DNA of 64,000 bases from an uncultured Gammaproteobacteria bacterium (GTDB lineage Bacteria; Patescibacteriota; Patescibacteriia; Patescibacteriales; Patescibacteriaceae): assembly GCA_964487795.1 (NCBI GenBank), contig CAZASI010000002.1, positions 180,349 to 244,348 of the forward strand. The letters are read 5' to 3'. Each line of letters starts with the position of its first letter. Within the stretch, counting starts at the first letter, position 1. Both the position numbers and the translations under genes were made by a program. The notes beneath the pieces were generated by a model. The model searched no databases. It was not told the DNA's origin and saw only the letters and a program-made list of their open reading frames with translations. Positions 54,649 through 64,000 of the stretch are shown here, one piece after another.

Positions 54649-55365
54649 CTATTTCAGCAAAGCGTCTTCTGTAGCAAAACGTCGATGCGCTACGGGTTTA
54701 TCGGAAACAATCATTCCGTCTTTCATACTGATGATTCGTTTGGCATGCTCTGAGGTATAGGTTTCGTGAGTAACAAGAATAACAGTGTGCCCTTCATCAT
54801 TAAGGCGTTGCAAAATTCCCATAACTTGAACTCCTGATTTTGAATCAAGGTTACCAGTCGGTTCATCAGCAAAAATAACTGAAGGGTTATTAATTAACGC
54901 CCGAGCAATCGCCACACGTTGTTTTTCGCCACCGGAAATTTGATTTGTAAAATAATGAAGTCTATGTCCAAGTCCAACTTGTCCTAAAACTTTTTCAGCT
55001 AACTTACTCGGATTTTCTACTAAATCAGAAGAGTAGAGCAGGGGCATTTTTACATTTTCAAGAACACTCGTACGCGGCAATAAATTAAAAGACTGAAAAA
55101 CAAAACCAATTTTTTTATTTCTAAAAGCCGCCAACTCATCGTCAGACATTGAACCGACTTCACGACCGTCAAATTCATAGGAACCGCTTGTCGCACGATC
55201 TAAAAATCCAAGAATATGCATGAGCGTTGATTTGCCTGAACCTGAAGGGCCCATGATTGAGACAAATTCTCCGGACTCTATAGTAAAGGAAAGGCCGTGC
55301 AATACTGATGTCACGACCTCCTCATTTATATAATCTTTCTTTAAATCTTGTATGCGAATTAACAT
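54649..55365 (-). CDS. ABC transporter ATP-binding protein (MacB/LolD-type)
   Basis: Walker [10 protein letters not shown], signature [15 protein letters not shown], Walker [13 protein letters not shown]. Confidence 0.95.
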   Translation of the reverse strand: MLIRIQDLKKDYINEEVVTSVLHGLSFTIESGEFVSIMGPSGSGKSTLMHILGFLDRATSGSYEFDGREVGSMSDDELAAFRNKKIGFVFQSFNLLPRTSVLENVKMPLLYSSDLVENPSKLAEKVLGQVGLGHRLHYFTNQISGGEKQRVAIARALINNPSVIFADEPTGNLDSKSGVQVMGILQRLNDEGHTVILVTHETYTSEHAKRIISMKDGMIVSDKPVAHRRFATEDALLK

Positions 55366-57155
55366 TATTTTTTATTCGGATCTTTGATAAAGGTTACAAC
55401 TTTGTTTCCTTCGTTAACGCCGCTTAGCACTTCAACCATACCGTCATCTCCGCTCAGGCCAATCTGAATTTCAGCTTCACGAACAACTTCATTTTCTAAA
55501 ATACGCACGATTGTTTTTCCTTCTTTCTCGACTATAGCTCTGGCTGGCATGATAAGAATATTCTCTCGCTTATTAGTCATAATTACAGCGCTTGCAGTCA
55601 TGCCCGGTTTCACCGCTGATTGCCCAGTCGGATCAAAACTGATCTTCACTTTATAATAAGTTACACCTTGAATAATCGTAGCGGCCGGTTCAATAAAATA
55701 AACCTTGCCATTAAATTTAATATCTGGTCCTAACGCATCAAGTGTGATTTCCGCTGAATCGTTTAATTTTAATTTAGCAATATCGGTTTCAGAAATATCA
55801 ACTTCAATTTGATAATTGTTTTCAGTTAAAACTGAAACAAGAGCTTTGCTTGGTGTTACCTGCTCCCCTATTTCATAATTAATTTTGGTAATAACTCCTT
55901 TAATTGGCGACTTTAACGAATTGTCAGCAATTTGATTTCGCACCGCCTCCAGATTGGCGCTTGCTTGTCCGATTTGTGCACGAGCGACATTGGCAGCCGA
56001 CGACGCATTGTCAACGCGAGATTGTGCTAAACCGATTTGCTGATCCTTATTAGTCTTTGCTGTATTTACGGCGTTGCGCGCTGTTATCAAAGCGTTATTA
56101 TAGTTTACTTGAGCTTGATTCAAACTTTGCTGAGCTGACAAGACATTAGTATCGTAAGACAGGCGTGCGTCATCATACGCTTGTTTAGAACTTTGTATTG
56201 TATTAATTGCGGTAGAAATCGTAGTAGTTTGTCCGTCAATAGTTGCTTTAGCGCCGTCCAATTCAGCTTGAGTATAATTTGAATTTGAAATTGAACTTTC
56301 TAATGCGCTAAAAGTTAAGTTAAGTGTTTCAAACGTTTTACTCAAAACTGATTGAGAAGCAGCATACGATGCAACAATATTTTCGTAGCTATGATTGTTT
56401 TTTGAATTCGTAGCCTTACTTGAAGCCTGAGTCAATAAATCTCTAGCTTGCGGATATGCGGCGTTTAAAGCGGCTAAAGTGCCGGAGTTCTTAATACTGA
56501 ATGTTGGTTTTAAATCTTCATCAGTCTTAATTCTATTAATCGCATCGAGCGCCGTAGTTGCATTTGCAATTTTATTTTCAAGTGTCTGCTGCAGCGATTC
56601 ATATTTATTATCTATCCCGCGCTGATATGTTGTAATTGTCGAAGCGAGCGAAGCTTGTGCCGTTGCTATTGCTTGTTCATAAGTGGTTACAGTTGAGCTT
56701 CCCTTATCTTCAAGGTCAGTTTTTGTTTTTTCAGCTTGACGCAAAGTTTCAGTTAAACTTGCGACTGTCTTATCATATTCTCTCTTGGCTGACTCATACG
56801 ACGCAGTGGCCTGCTGTGCTGATGCTTGAGACACATTTAAACTGGCTTGAGCTTCTGTTTCTTTTATAGCTAGGCCGCTCAAATCAATTTGCGCCAATAC
56901 TTGGTCCGGAACAACCTGATCGCCCACCTTAATATTGAGCTTGGCCAATTGTCCTGAACTCATGAAATTTAATTCAATTTCTTTTGCCGGAGTAATAGTA
57001 CCTGTTTCGCTTACACTCTGGATCAGCGTTCCGCGTTGTACGTCAGCAGTGGTGTATTCGATATTACTCTTTCCTTTGCTTGAAAAATATCCTGCCGCCC
57101 CTAGGACCAACACGATACCAACAGCAATTAATATATTGCGTTTTTTAGTAGTCAT
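55365..57155 (-). CDS. HlyD/MacA-family periplasmic adaptor with an unusually long coiled-coil hairpin
   Basis: Signal anchor MTTKKRNILIAVGIVLVLG, lipoyl/barrel motifs at both ends (GTITPAKEIELNF...; SPIKGVITKINYEIGEQV), and ~330 aa of A/S/T/Q-rich coiled coil between them. Alternative starts at 57185 and 57236. Confidence 0.8.
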   Translation of the reverse strand: MTTKKRNILIAVGIVLVLGAAGYFSSKGKSNIEYTTADVQRGTLIQSVSETGTITPAKEIELNFMSSGQLAKLNIKVGDQVVPDQVLAQIDLSGLAIKETEAQASLNVSQASAQQATASYESAKREYDKTVASLTETLRQAEKTKTDLEDKGSSTVTTYEQAIATAQASLASTITTYQRGIDNKYESLQQTLENKIANATTALDAINRIKTDEDLKPTFSIKNSGTLAALNAAYPQARDLLTQASSKATNSKNNHSYENIVASYAASQSVLSKTFETLNLTFSALESSISNSNYTQAELDGAKATIDGQTTTISTAINTIQSSKQAYDDARLSYDTNVLSAQQSLNQAQVNYNNALITARNAVNTAKTNKDQQIGLAQSRVDNASSAANVARAQIGQASANLEAVRNQIADNSLKSPIKGVITKINYEIGEQVTPSKALVSVLTENNYQIEVDISETDIAKLKLNDSAEITLDALGPDIKFNGKVYFIEPAATIIQGVTYYKVKISFDPTGQSAVKPGMTASAVIMTNKRENILIMPARAIVEKEGKTIVRILENEVVREAEIQIGLSGDDGMVEVLSGVNEGNKVVTFIKDPNKK

Positions 57156-57255
57156 AATAATTTTTATAGTTTTAGTATAGCTCATTTTGGCTAAAAAGTC
57201 CAATGTTTTAATTAAAAAAGAGTTGCCCGAGGACAACCCTTAAAATCACTTAAAA

Positions 57256-57522
57256 TTAAGAAACGTGCATAGTCGAAGTTTTTTTCAGCTTAAATTGCTT
57301 GGCAATATCCGGATTTTGCACTGTAAACTTAAGGCGCAAAATTGACCAAGCTATCAAGGCCAAGAAACCGACTATAAAAAAAATGAACCCAACAATACTT
57401 TGTTCATTGGCAACTATAGGATTTATCTCGTGCATCGAGCTAAGTACCAAGCCAGCTCCAACAATTATAAAGGCCAGACACACAATCATTAAAATCCACA
57501 GCATGTTCTCTATATTCTTCAT
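57256..57522 (-). CDS. Small membrane protein (88 aa)
   Basis: ATG lies 8 nt after TAGGAG. Two TM segments. Confidence 0.5.
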   Translation of the reverse strand: MKNIENMLWILMIVCLAFIIVGAGLVLSSMHEINPIVANEQSIVGFIFFIVGFLALIAWSILRLKFTVQNPDIAKQFKLKKTSTMHVS

Positions 57523-57598
57523 TAAAAGAGCTCCTATTAATTTAAGTTAGCAACAAAATTTTTTATAATTTAACACATTATACTAATAAAGTCAAGAG

Positions 57599-58576
57599 CT
57601 AAAAACCAAGACGTTGCACTTCTTCCTCAAGCTCAATTTGAAACTGATCTTTTACCTTTTCTTTGACTGTAGCAATTATGACAGCTACATCTTCAGAACT
57701 GGCATTATTTGCATTTACTATAAAATTGGCGTGCTGTTCACTGATTTTTGCTCCGCCATTTGATAGTCCTTTTAAACCAAGACTTTGCACAAGATAGCCT
57801 GCACCAATTTTTCCGCCTCTTACTTTATTGTCAGCAAGAGCTTGTTCATACAAATCTTTGTTTTGCTTTTCAACATCAGCAGCAAACAAATTTTTAAAAA
57901 TACAACCGGCGCTTGGTTCTTTAGGCTGTGAATTCTTTCGGTAATCACGATATTCATCCATTGCTTGTTTCATCGTGTTTATGTCCCCTGCCGACAAACT
58001 CAAGTGAATTTCCCAAATAATATAATGAGGTTCAAGTTTAAAACGACTTGTTCGATACGTAAAGGCACATTCTTCTTTCGCAAAAGAATGCCAAGAAAAA
58101 TTTTCAGCATCAAAAACAATAACTCGATCAACAACTTTATCAAAACTTCCGCCGTGCGCTCCGGCGTTGCCGCGAATTGCTCCGCCCACAGAACCCGGAA
58201 TTCCAATTGACCATTCAATTCCTGATAAGCCTTTATCAAAAGCAGCTTCAGCTAACTGCTTAACCTCAATACTTGTTCCGCACGCGCAAGTGAGTTCTGA
58301 AAATTCAAGAATTTGATTATGAGGTCTGACAACCAAACCTTTAACGCCGGCGTCGTTAATCAAAATATTACTGCCTCCCCCTAAAACAGTGATTGGTAAG
58401 CTTTGTTCTTTCGCCCAAGCAAAGGCCGCTTCAACTTCTTCTTTAGTTGTAAGCTCGGCAAAATACTCGGCGTTCCCCCCGATTTTAAAAGTAGACAAAT
58501 CTGCCAATGGATAATTCTGTTTTAGTTGTTCGCTAAACATCGTGTGTAAGTATTGCTTCTCCAATTCTAAAGACAT
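57599..58576 (-). CDS. murB: UDP-N-acetylenolpyruvoylglucosamine reductase
   Basis: LADLSTFKIGG...VLGGGSNIL...GIPGSVGGAIRGNAGAHG...SAGCIFKN. Confidence 0.9.
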   Translation of the reverse strand: MSLELEKQYLHTMFSEQLKQNYPLADLSTFKIGGNAEYFAELTTKEEVEAAFAWAKEQSLPITVLGGGSNILINDAGVKGLVVRPHNQILEFSELTCACGTSIEVKQLAEAAFDKGLSGIEWSIGIPGSVGGAIRGNAGAHGGSFDKVVDRVIVFDAENFSWHSFAKEECAFTYRTSRFKLEPHYIIWEIHLSLSAGDINTMKQAMDEYRDYRKNSQPKEPSAGCIFKNLFAADVEKQNKDLYEQALADNKVRGGKIGAGYLVQSLGLKGLSNGGAKISEQHANFIVNANNASSEDVAVIIATVKEKVKDQFQIELEEEVQRLGF

Positions 58577-59945
58577 CTCCGGCGCCCATTAATATAATCA
58601 CATCGTTATCTCCTATACTGTCTTTGAGATATGATTCAACTTCTTCAAAGCCGGGTATATATCGTAACTCTTTTTTGTCTCCCTGAAAAGCCTTAATCTT
58701 TTCAACTAATACCGCACTATCAATAACACCCGCTTGCTCCCTGGCTGAGGAATAAATATCTAATATAATTACTTCGTCGGCATTTTTAAAACTATGAGCA
58801 AAATCATCAAGCAACGCAGCTGTGCGGCTAAAGGTATGAGGATGAAATACAACGCGAATTTTTTTCTTCGGCCATTTTTCTTTTGCTGCAGTTAAAGTAG
58901 CTTTAATTTCAGTGGGATGATGTGCATAATCATCAATAATAATCGCACCCTTATATTCTCCCATCTTTTGCATGCGTCTTGAAGTTCCGGTAAATTCTCC
59001 GACTGCTTTACGAATCAAATGTAAATCGCCATTTAATTCAATTGCGGCAATAATAACTGCGGCGGCATTATGAACATTATGTTCGCCATTTAACAAAATA
59101 GAAAATTCTCCGACATCAGAAATACCGTCTTCGTCTCTTAATTGAAGTTTAAAAAATTGTTTTTGTCCGTCCCATGCAATATCGGAAATTATATAATCGC
59201 TGTCTTTGTTTTTTCCATAGCTAATTATTCTGCCCTTGCAATATGCCGGGGCAATTTTTTTAATTGTCTTATCGTCATAATTTGTTATCAATGTCCCGGA
59301 TTTTGGTAGTTTAAAAATAAATTCTACAAACGCTTGTTCGTACGCCGCTAAGTCAGGAAAGAAATCCGGATGATCATAATCAATGTTATTTAAAAGAATC
59401 ATTTTCGGATTAAAATATTTCAGTTTATTTTGGTATTCATCAGCTTCGATAACTAAGGTATTTGATTTCCCGACCAGACCTGCGCCGTTAAATTGCGGAA
59501 CACCTGAGCCAACCATAACATTCGGCTCTAGGCCGCATTCTTTTAAAACAAAGCCGAGCCAGGCGCTCGTTGTTGTTTTTCCGTGCGAACCGCAGACTGC
59601 CACTCCAAATCTATCATTAAAAATTGCGGCCAAGGCTTCAACAAAAGTTACGGTTTTTATTTTACTCTCCAAGGCGGTTTTGACTTCAATACAATTCTCG
59701 ATTGTAAAAGCAGAAGTATGAATAATTAAATCAAAATTATCTGTGATATGTTCCGCGGCATAATCTTCGTGAATATGAATTCCGGCATTGTTCAAAGCAG
59801 TGGCGGCTTGATCAGTCAGGTATGAACCTTTAATATCACTGCCACTGACTTCAAATCCTTCGTGCGCCAAAAACTCAGCTAACATGGTCATTCCCACTCC
59901 TTTTATGCCGATCATGTATATATTTTTAACTTTAGATAAATCCAT
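58533..59945 (-). CDS. murC: UDP-N-acetylmuramate--L-alanine ligase
   Basis: IYMIGIKGVGMTMLAEFL...VCGSHGKTTTSAW...DDYAHHPTEI. Confidence 0.95.
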   Translation of the reverse strand: MDLSKVKNIYMIGIKGVGMTMLAEFLAHEGFEVSGSDIKGSYLTDQAATALNNAGIHIHEDYAAEHITDNFDLIIHTSAFTIENCIEVKTALESKIKTVTFVEALAAIFNDRFGVAVCGSHGKTTTSAWLGFVLKECGLEPNVMVGSGVPQFNGAGLVGKSNTLVIEADEYQNKLKYFNPKMILLNNIDYDHPDFFPDLAAYEQAFVEFIFKLPKSGTLITNYDDKTIKKIAPAYCKGRIISYGKNKDSDYIISDIAWDGQKQFFKLQLRDEDGISDVGEFSILLNGEHNVHNAAAVIIAAIELNGDLHLIRKAVGEFTGTSRRMQKMGEYKGAIIIDDYAHHPTEIKATLTAAKEKWPKKKIRVVFHPHTFSRTAALLDDFAHSFKNADEVIILDIYSSAREQAGVIDSAVLVEKIKAFQGDKKELRYIPGFEEVESYLKDSIGDNDVIILMGAGDVFRIGEAILTHDV

Positions 59946-59947
59946 AC

Positions 59948-61012
59948 TTACAACATTTTTTCTATAACTTGATACATCGCTTCATTCGCATCTTGTTTCA
60001 TCGCTTCTTTAATATTTTGAGATAATGCTTCGCGCTTTGCTTGATTAGAAATCAAATCTCGAAGAGCTGAAACAAACGTTTCATTATTCAATGATTTTTG
60101 ATCAAGCACAATCGCCGCTTTATGTTCGGAAAAATAATTTGCATTATCTTCTTGATGCGAATCAGGAATAGGAATAATAATTGTAGCCTTTCCTAAATAT
60201 GATAATTCTGAAAGCGTACCAAGCCCAGCTCGTGTCACAACAATGTCAGCGTTAGCCATAGCTTTAGCCATATGAAAACTATCAAGTAAATCATACGATT
60301 GATAACCCGGCAGATCTTCGCGCAATACCGAACGTGTATCATGTTTACCGGTAATATGAACGATATCAACAAACTCAAGTAGTTGTTTAAGATTATTACT
60401 AATTAAATCGTTGATCGATTGAGAGCCTGTGCCGCCGCCTAAAACCAAAAGACATGGCTTAGTATGCATTTCGGCGCGAGCAGCTTTAATTTGCTGTCTC
60501 ATCGGGTTGCCAATCCATCGCGCTTTCTGACCATAATCATTTACGCTCTTTTCAAAGACAGTAGTAATCACCGTAGCAAAGGGCGCCATTAATTTATTAG
60601 CGAGCCCCGGTCTAAAATCTTGTTGATGAATAAGAATTGGAATATCTAATAAACGTGCCACCCAAATTAAAGGTACGCTGACAAAACCTCCGGCGCTCAT
60701 CACGATACGAGGTTTTAAAGAATGCAGTAGCGCCAATGATTGAAAAAAACCAATCATAATATTTATCCAATCCAAAAAATTTTGTACTGAAAAATATCTT
60801 CGCAATTTGCCGGCGGCGATTGCATGATATGTAAAAGGATATCCGCTCGTCAGTCGTTGTTCAATTCCCGAGTCTGTCCCAACCCAATGAAACGCATATC
60901 TTCCCTTTTGTCCTAAGTCCATTTCTTCCGCAACTGCAATCAAAGGCGTAACTGATCCGCCCGTGCCACCGCCGCTTAAAATAATATTATTTTTTTGTTC
61001 GCTTGGATTCAT
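59948..61012 (-). CDS. murG: Undecaprenyl-PP-MurNAc-pentapeptide UDP-GlcNAc transferase
   Basis: ILSGGGTGGSVTPLIAVA...VLGGGTGSQSIN...VVTRAGLGTLSELSYLGKATIIIP. Confidence 0.9.
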   Translation of the reverse strand: MNPSEQKNNIILSGGGTGGSVTPLIAVAEEMDLGQKGRYAFHWVGTDSGIEQRLTSGYPFTYHAIAAGKLRRYFSVQNFLDWINIMIGFFQSLALLHSLKPRIVMSAGGFVSVPLIWVARLLDIPILIHQQDFRPGLANKLMAPFATVITTVFEKSVNDYGQKARWIGNPMRQQIKAARAEMHTKPCLLVLGGGTGSQSINDLISNNLKQLLEFVDIVHITGKHDTRSVLREDLPGYQSYDLLDSFHMAKAMANADIVVTRAGLGTLSELSYLGKATIIIPIPDSHQEDNANYFSEHKAAIVLDQKSLNNETFVSALRDLISNQAKREALSQNIKEAMKQDANEAMYQVIEKML

Positions 61013-62156
61013 AATATGTTTTCAAAAATATCTCATACTGCGCTCGATGTACCGGACTGGCCGCCTTTGTCAGATCTTCAAGTCGCACCCAACGAAATCC
61101 TTTGTGCTCTACCGGATTAGTTCGCACTCCGTTACGAGGACCATTGTAGCGTAGAATACAAAAACTTTGACGTTGACCCTTGTACCCTTTATTCGTGTAG
61201 TGCTTAGGCCATTCATACTGATACATATTCGGATATACTGACACAAGCTCAAGATCTGTCAAACCTGTTTCTTCCTGAACTTCACGTCTCACGGCTTCTT
61301 CGAGACTTTCTCTTTTTTCAACTCCGCCTTGCGGAAGTCCCCAATATGTTCGATGTCCTGCGGCATTTAAAAGTAATACTTCGTTATCAGAGTTAACAAT
61401 TAACGCAACAACATTAGGTCTATATTTAAATCGTCTAAACTGCCAACCGATAATCGCCAAAGGAAATTGAACAACAGCGTTCCAAATTCTTTTAATTCGC
61501 CACGGTTGCTTCATTAAACGCCAGAGCCATTCAAAGCCTAAGTTTTGAAAAATTTTAGGAGCTCGTTTTATTTTTCCGGTTAAAAAGTCGAAACTTCCAC
61601 CAACGCCCATGGCAATGGCAATCGACGAAACATCGCGCAATAAACGACGTCGTATAAAGATATCCTGCTCGGGAGCACCGAACGCGACAAAGACTATATC
61701 AGGACGAAATGCTCTCAGGGGCTTAACATCATAGTGAATATCCTTCTTGTCCATTGAAAAGACAAAAGTCTTTAAGTAGGGATAACGCTTTTTAATAGCA
61801 TTAATAATATCAGAATCACTGGACAGGCCGTATCGCCAATTCACCACCGCAACGCGCAAATGTTTTTGATCGGCAATTTTTAAAAGGTATTGAACGAGAT
61901 TGGCGCCGCTATATCTATGAATATTTACTCCATTAATCCACGCGGCAAATTTCAAACCAATGCCGTCAGGGATTGAAAGATCTGCTTTTAAAAGCACTGA
62001 AAAAAAGTCCTGGTCTTGCTGCGCCAGGAGTAAAAATTCGGGATTGGGGGTTACAATATGAGCATGACGACGAAATAAGAGCCGTCTGATTGCTCGTTCA
62101 CGTTCAGAAGCTTTGAGAACTGAAATTGGCACCCCGAGTAGCACTGTCTTGTCCAT
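60987..62156 (-). CDS. WecG/TagA/CpsF (GT26) glycosyltransferase fused to a C-terminal NUDIX hydrolase domain
   Basis: N-terminus: VLLGVPIS...IVTPNPEFLL...PDGIGL...AFGAPEQD (GT26). C-terminus: WGLPQGGVEKRESLEEAVRREVQEETGL (Nudix box). Confidence 0.85.
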   Translation of the reverse strand: MDKTVLLGVPISVLKASERERAIRRLLFRRHAHIVTPNPEFLLLAQQDQDFFSVLLKADLSIPDGIGLKFAAWINGVNIHRYSGANLVQYLLKIADQKHLRVAVVNWRYGLSSDSDIINAIKKRYPYLKTFVFSMDKKDIHYDVKPLRAFRPDIVFVAFGAPEQDIFIRRRLLRDVSSIAIAMGVGGSFDFLTGKIKRAPKIFQNLGFEWLWRLMKQPWRIKRIWNAVVQFPLAIIGWQFRRFKYRPNVVALIVNSDNEVLLLNAAGHRTYWGLPQGGVEKRESLEEAVRREVQEETGLTDLELVSVYPNMYQYEWPKHYTNKGYKGQRQSFCILRYNGPRNGVRTNPVEHKGFRWVRLEDLTKAASPVHRAQYEIFLKTYYESKRTKK

Positions 62157-62219
62157 ACAGTTTTTACAGGGTAAAATTAGAAATATTAGTCATTTTTATT
62201 ATACGTGACAAAGTAAGGA

Positions 62220-62248
62220 TTGACAATAAATATTAGCAGTCATATAAT
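62220..62248 (+). promoter_or_regulatory. Perfect consensus sigma-70 promoter of clpB
   Basis: TTGACA (62220-25), 17 nt, TATAAT (62243-48). Confidence 0.7.
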
Positions 62249-62259
62249 ACGAGTGCTAA
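62233..62259 (+). promoter_or_regulatory. CIRCE-like inverted repeat (HrcA operator) overlapping the -10 box
   Basis: TTAGCAGTC-N9-GAGTGCTAA versus the consensus TTAGCACTC-N9-GAGTGCTAA (one mismatch). Confidence 0.7.
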
Positions 62260-62267
62260 GTTATAGA

Positions 62268-62287
62268 TCCCCCGCCTTCGCGGAGGA
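62268..62287 (+). promoter_or_regulatory. 5'-UTR hairpin sequestering the clpB Shine-Dalgarno sequence (RNA-thermometer candidate)
   Basis: UCCCCCGC-cuuc-GCGGAGGA. GGAGGA (62282-87) forms the 3' arm. There is one C.A mismatch. Confidence 0.4.
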
Positions 62288-62300
62288 TGACACAAAAATT

Positions 62301-64000
62301 ATGTTAGACAAATTTACACATAAATCTCAAGAAGCAATTATTAATGCTCAAGTTATCGCCCAAGAATACGGCCAACAATATATCAGTGGCCTCCATATGC
62401 TCCTGGCTTTGCTTGAACAAAGCGAAGGCATGGTTAAACCAATTTTGGAAAATTTTGAAGTTGATACCGAAGCCTTGCGAGAACTTGCCGAATCAGAAAT
62501 TGAAAAACTGCCGAAAATTGAAGTCCAAGCCTCAGTCGGCATGGTACAAGGCACAACCGAAATGGCTATGATTGTTGAACGAGCTGTTAAGGAAGCCGGC
62601 ATGATGGATGATGAATTTGTTTCAACTGAACATATTCTTCTCGCCATCCTTGAAACAAAATCTGATGCGCAACGGATTTTACTCTCTAAAAGTATCATTC
62701 GCAAGAAATTACTTGAGGCCATTAAATCAATTCGCGGCGATAAAAAAGTGGATAGCCAAGAACCGGAAACCCGTTTTCGCGTTATTGAAAAATATACTAC
62801 CAACTTAACGCAAATGGCACGCGACCATAAACTTGATCCTGTCATCGGACGCGATGACGAGATTAAACGCGTCATGCAAATTCTTTCACGACGTTTAAAA
62901 AACAATCCGGTCTTACTCGGAGAAGCCGGCACAGGTAAAACCGCAATTATCGAAGGTTTGGCGCAACGCATTATTTCCGGCGACGTTCCCGAAAGCCTTA
63001 AAAACAAAGAATTAATTTCTCTTGATCTTGGTTCACTTATTGCCGGTGCAAAATTCCGCGGTGAATTTGAAGATCGACTGAAAGCTTTAATTAAAGAAAT
63101 TGAATCAAACGACGGACGTATTATTCTCTTTATTGATGAATTGCATACCATTGTTGGTATGGGTTCCGCCGACGGCGCAGCTGACGCGGCTAATATGTTA
63201 AAACCGGCCTTATCGCGCGGCACACTACGCGCAATTGGTGCAACAACCACACGTGAATATCAAAAATACATTGAAAAAGATACAGCACTCGAACGTCGCT
63301 TTCAACCCGTGTATGTTTCAGAACCAACTGAAGAAGACGCTATTTCAATTTTACGCGGCGTTAAAGATAAGTATGAACTTCATCACGGCGTAAAGATTAG
63401 CGACTCTGCAGTTGTTGCCGCTGTTAAACTTTCCAATCGTTATATCAGCGACCGATTTTTGCCTGATAAAGCCATTGATTTGATGGATGAAGCCACTTCA
63501 GCGCTTCGCATGTCAATTGATTCTTCTCCTGAAGAGCTCGATATATTAAAAAAAGAAATTCGCACGCTTGAGCTGAATAAAGCCGGGCTGATTCGCGATA
63601 AACGCAATGACGCTAAGTTAAAGTTAGTAAGCAAAGAATTATCGGACTTAAAAGAAAAAGCAGCTCAACTTGAACTGCGTTGGAAAAACGAGAAAGACAG
63701 CATCGGTCGCATCAGGGCTCATAAAAATCAAATCGATTTACTGAAAGCAGAGGCTGAAACTATTCAGCGCCGCGGCGATGACCTGACTAAAGTCGCAGAA
63801 ATCAGATACGGACAAATCCCTGACTTGCTTAAAAAAATTAAGAAAGAAGAAAACGATTTGAATAAACTGAATTCAAACGGAGAAAAAATTCTTAAGGAAG
63901 AAATTGACGAGGAAGACATTGCTCGCGTAGTCGCGCGTTGGACGGGAATTCCGGTTGCCAAGATGCTTGAATCTGAAGTAAAAAAGTTGGCTCGCGCCGA
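62301..64000 (+). CDS. clpB: ClpB chaperone (AAA+ disaggregase), N-terminal ~566 aa; continues beyond the window
   Basis: My own translation: [17 protein letters not shown]..., Walker [11 protein letters not shown], Walker B ILFIDELH, long M-domain coiled coil, then ...ARWTGIPV. It has no stop in the window, so it is absent from the ORF track. Confidence 0.95.
   Translation, partial: MLDKFTHKSQEAIINAQVIAQEYGQQYISGLHMLLALLEQSEGMVKPILENFEVDTEALRELAESEIEKLPKIEVQASVGMVQGTTEMAMIVERAVKEAGMMDDEFVSTEHILLAILETKSDAQRILLSKSIIRKKLLEAIKSIRGDKKVDSQEPETRFRVIEKYTTNLTQMARDHKLDPVIGRDDEIKRVMQILSRRLKNNPVLLGEAGTGKTAIIEGLAQRIISGDVPESLKNKELISLDLGSLIAGAKFRGEFEDRLKALIKEIESNDGRIILFIDELHTIVGMGSADGAADAANMLKPALSRGTLRAIGATTTREYQKYIEKDTALERRFQPVYVSEPTEEDAISILRGVKDKYELHHGVKISDSAVVAAVKLSNRYISDRFLPDKAIDLMDEATSALRMSIDSSPEELDILKKEIRTLELNKAGLIRDKRNDAKLKLVSKELSDLKEKAAQLELRWKNEKDSIGRIRAHKNQIDLLKAEAETIQRRGDDLTKVAEIRYGQIPDLLKKIKKEENDLNKLNSNGEKILKEEIDEEDIARVVARWTGIPVAKMLESEVKKLARA

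Noticed and set aside
62348-63250. 300-aa minus-strand ORF (plus a 75-aa plus-strand ORF at 62344-62571) listed in the ORF track
   Set aside because: It lies entirely antisense to, or out of frame with, the unmistakable clpB reading frame starting at 62301. The product is low-complexity and Ser/Arg/Ile rich, which is typical of a shadow ORF.
1-64000. Alternative genetic code (UGA recoded as Gly, as in some CPR lineages), CRISPR arrays, tRNA/rRNA genes, and transposases or integrases
   Set aside because: All long conserved genes are intact under the standard code, and UGA is used as a stop (for example 29225-29227). I saw no regularly spaced direct repeats, no cloverleaf-compatible segments in the intergenic gaps, no rRNA-like stretches, and no recombinase motifs.

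Overview
This is a gene-dense, AT-rich bacterial chromosome fragment that uses the standard genetic code (ORFs are intact under code 11; most stops are TAA, and at least one is TGA). The content looks like a Candidate Phyla Radiation / Patescibacteria-type genome. That placement is inference from gene content: short or oddly terminated housekeeping proteins, DUF4012 paralogs, C39-like peptidase paralogs, and a very large envelope-glycosylation load. Recognisable blocks: (i) 1-8.8 kb, mostly plus strand: a SEDS protein (truncated by the window edge), gltX, an M23 peptidase, a CPA2 antiporter, two C39-like peptidases and a DUF305 protein. (ii) 8.9-14 kb: a mixed-orientation accessory zone with three orphan proteins, a predicted sRNA, a hyper-acidic micro-ORF, dedA, a CAP-domain protein and a Gmad2-like protein. 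(iii) 14-62 kb, almost entirely minus strand: ftsQ-like, serS, greA and a first glycosylation cluster; rpsI-rplM-rplQ-rpoA-rpsD-rpsK-rpsM-rpmJ-infA; alaS and tgt; a DUF4012 plus DUF11-like pair; a second large glycosylation cluster with Arn-like logic; an S8 protease fused to FG-GAP repeats; mreB; a four-component MacAB-like exporter; murB-murC-murG; and a WecG-NUDIX fusion. (iv) A clpB 5' part on the plus strand, preceded by a consensus promoter and a CIRCE operator. I found no rRNA, tRNA, CRISPR array, transposase or integrase. The most unusual signals are non-coding. First, an orphan ~390-nt highly structured RNA (28.38-28.80 kb) has its own consensus promoter and intrinsic terminator, and sits in a small three-promoter island between alaS and tgt. 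Second, a ~141-nt two-hairpin sRNA candidate with an anti-Shine-Dalgarno apical loop (8.89-9.03 kb) lies next to an orphan three-gene island. All function calls come from reading motifs by eye. No database search was run.
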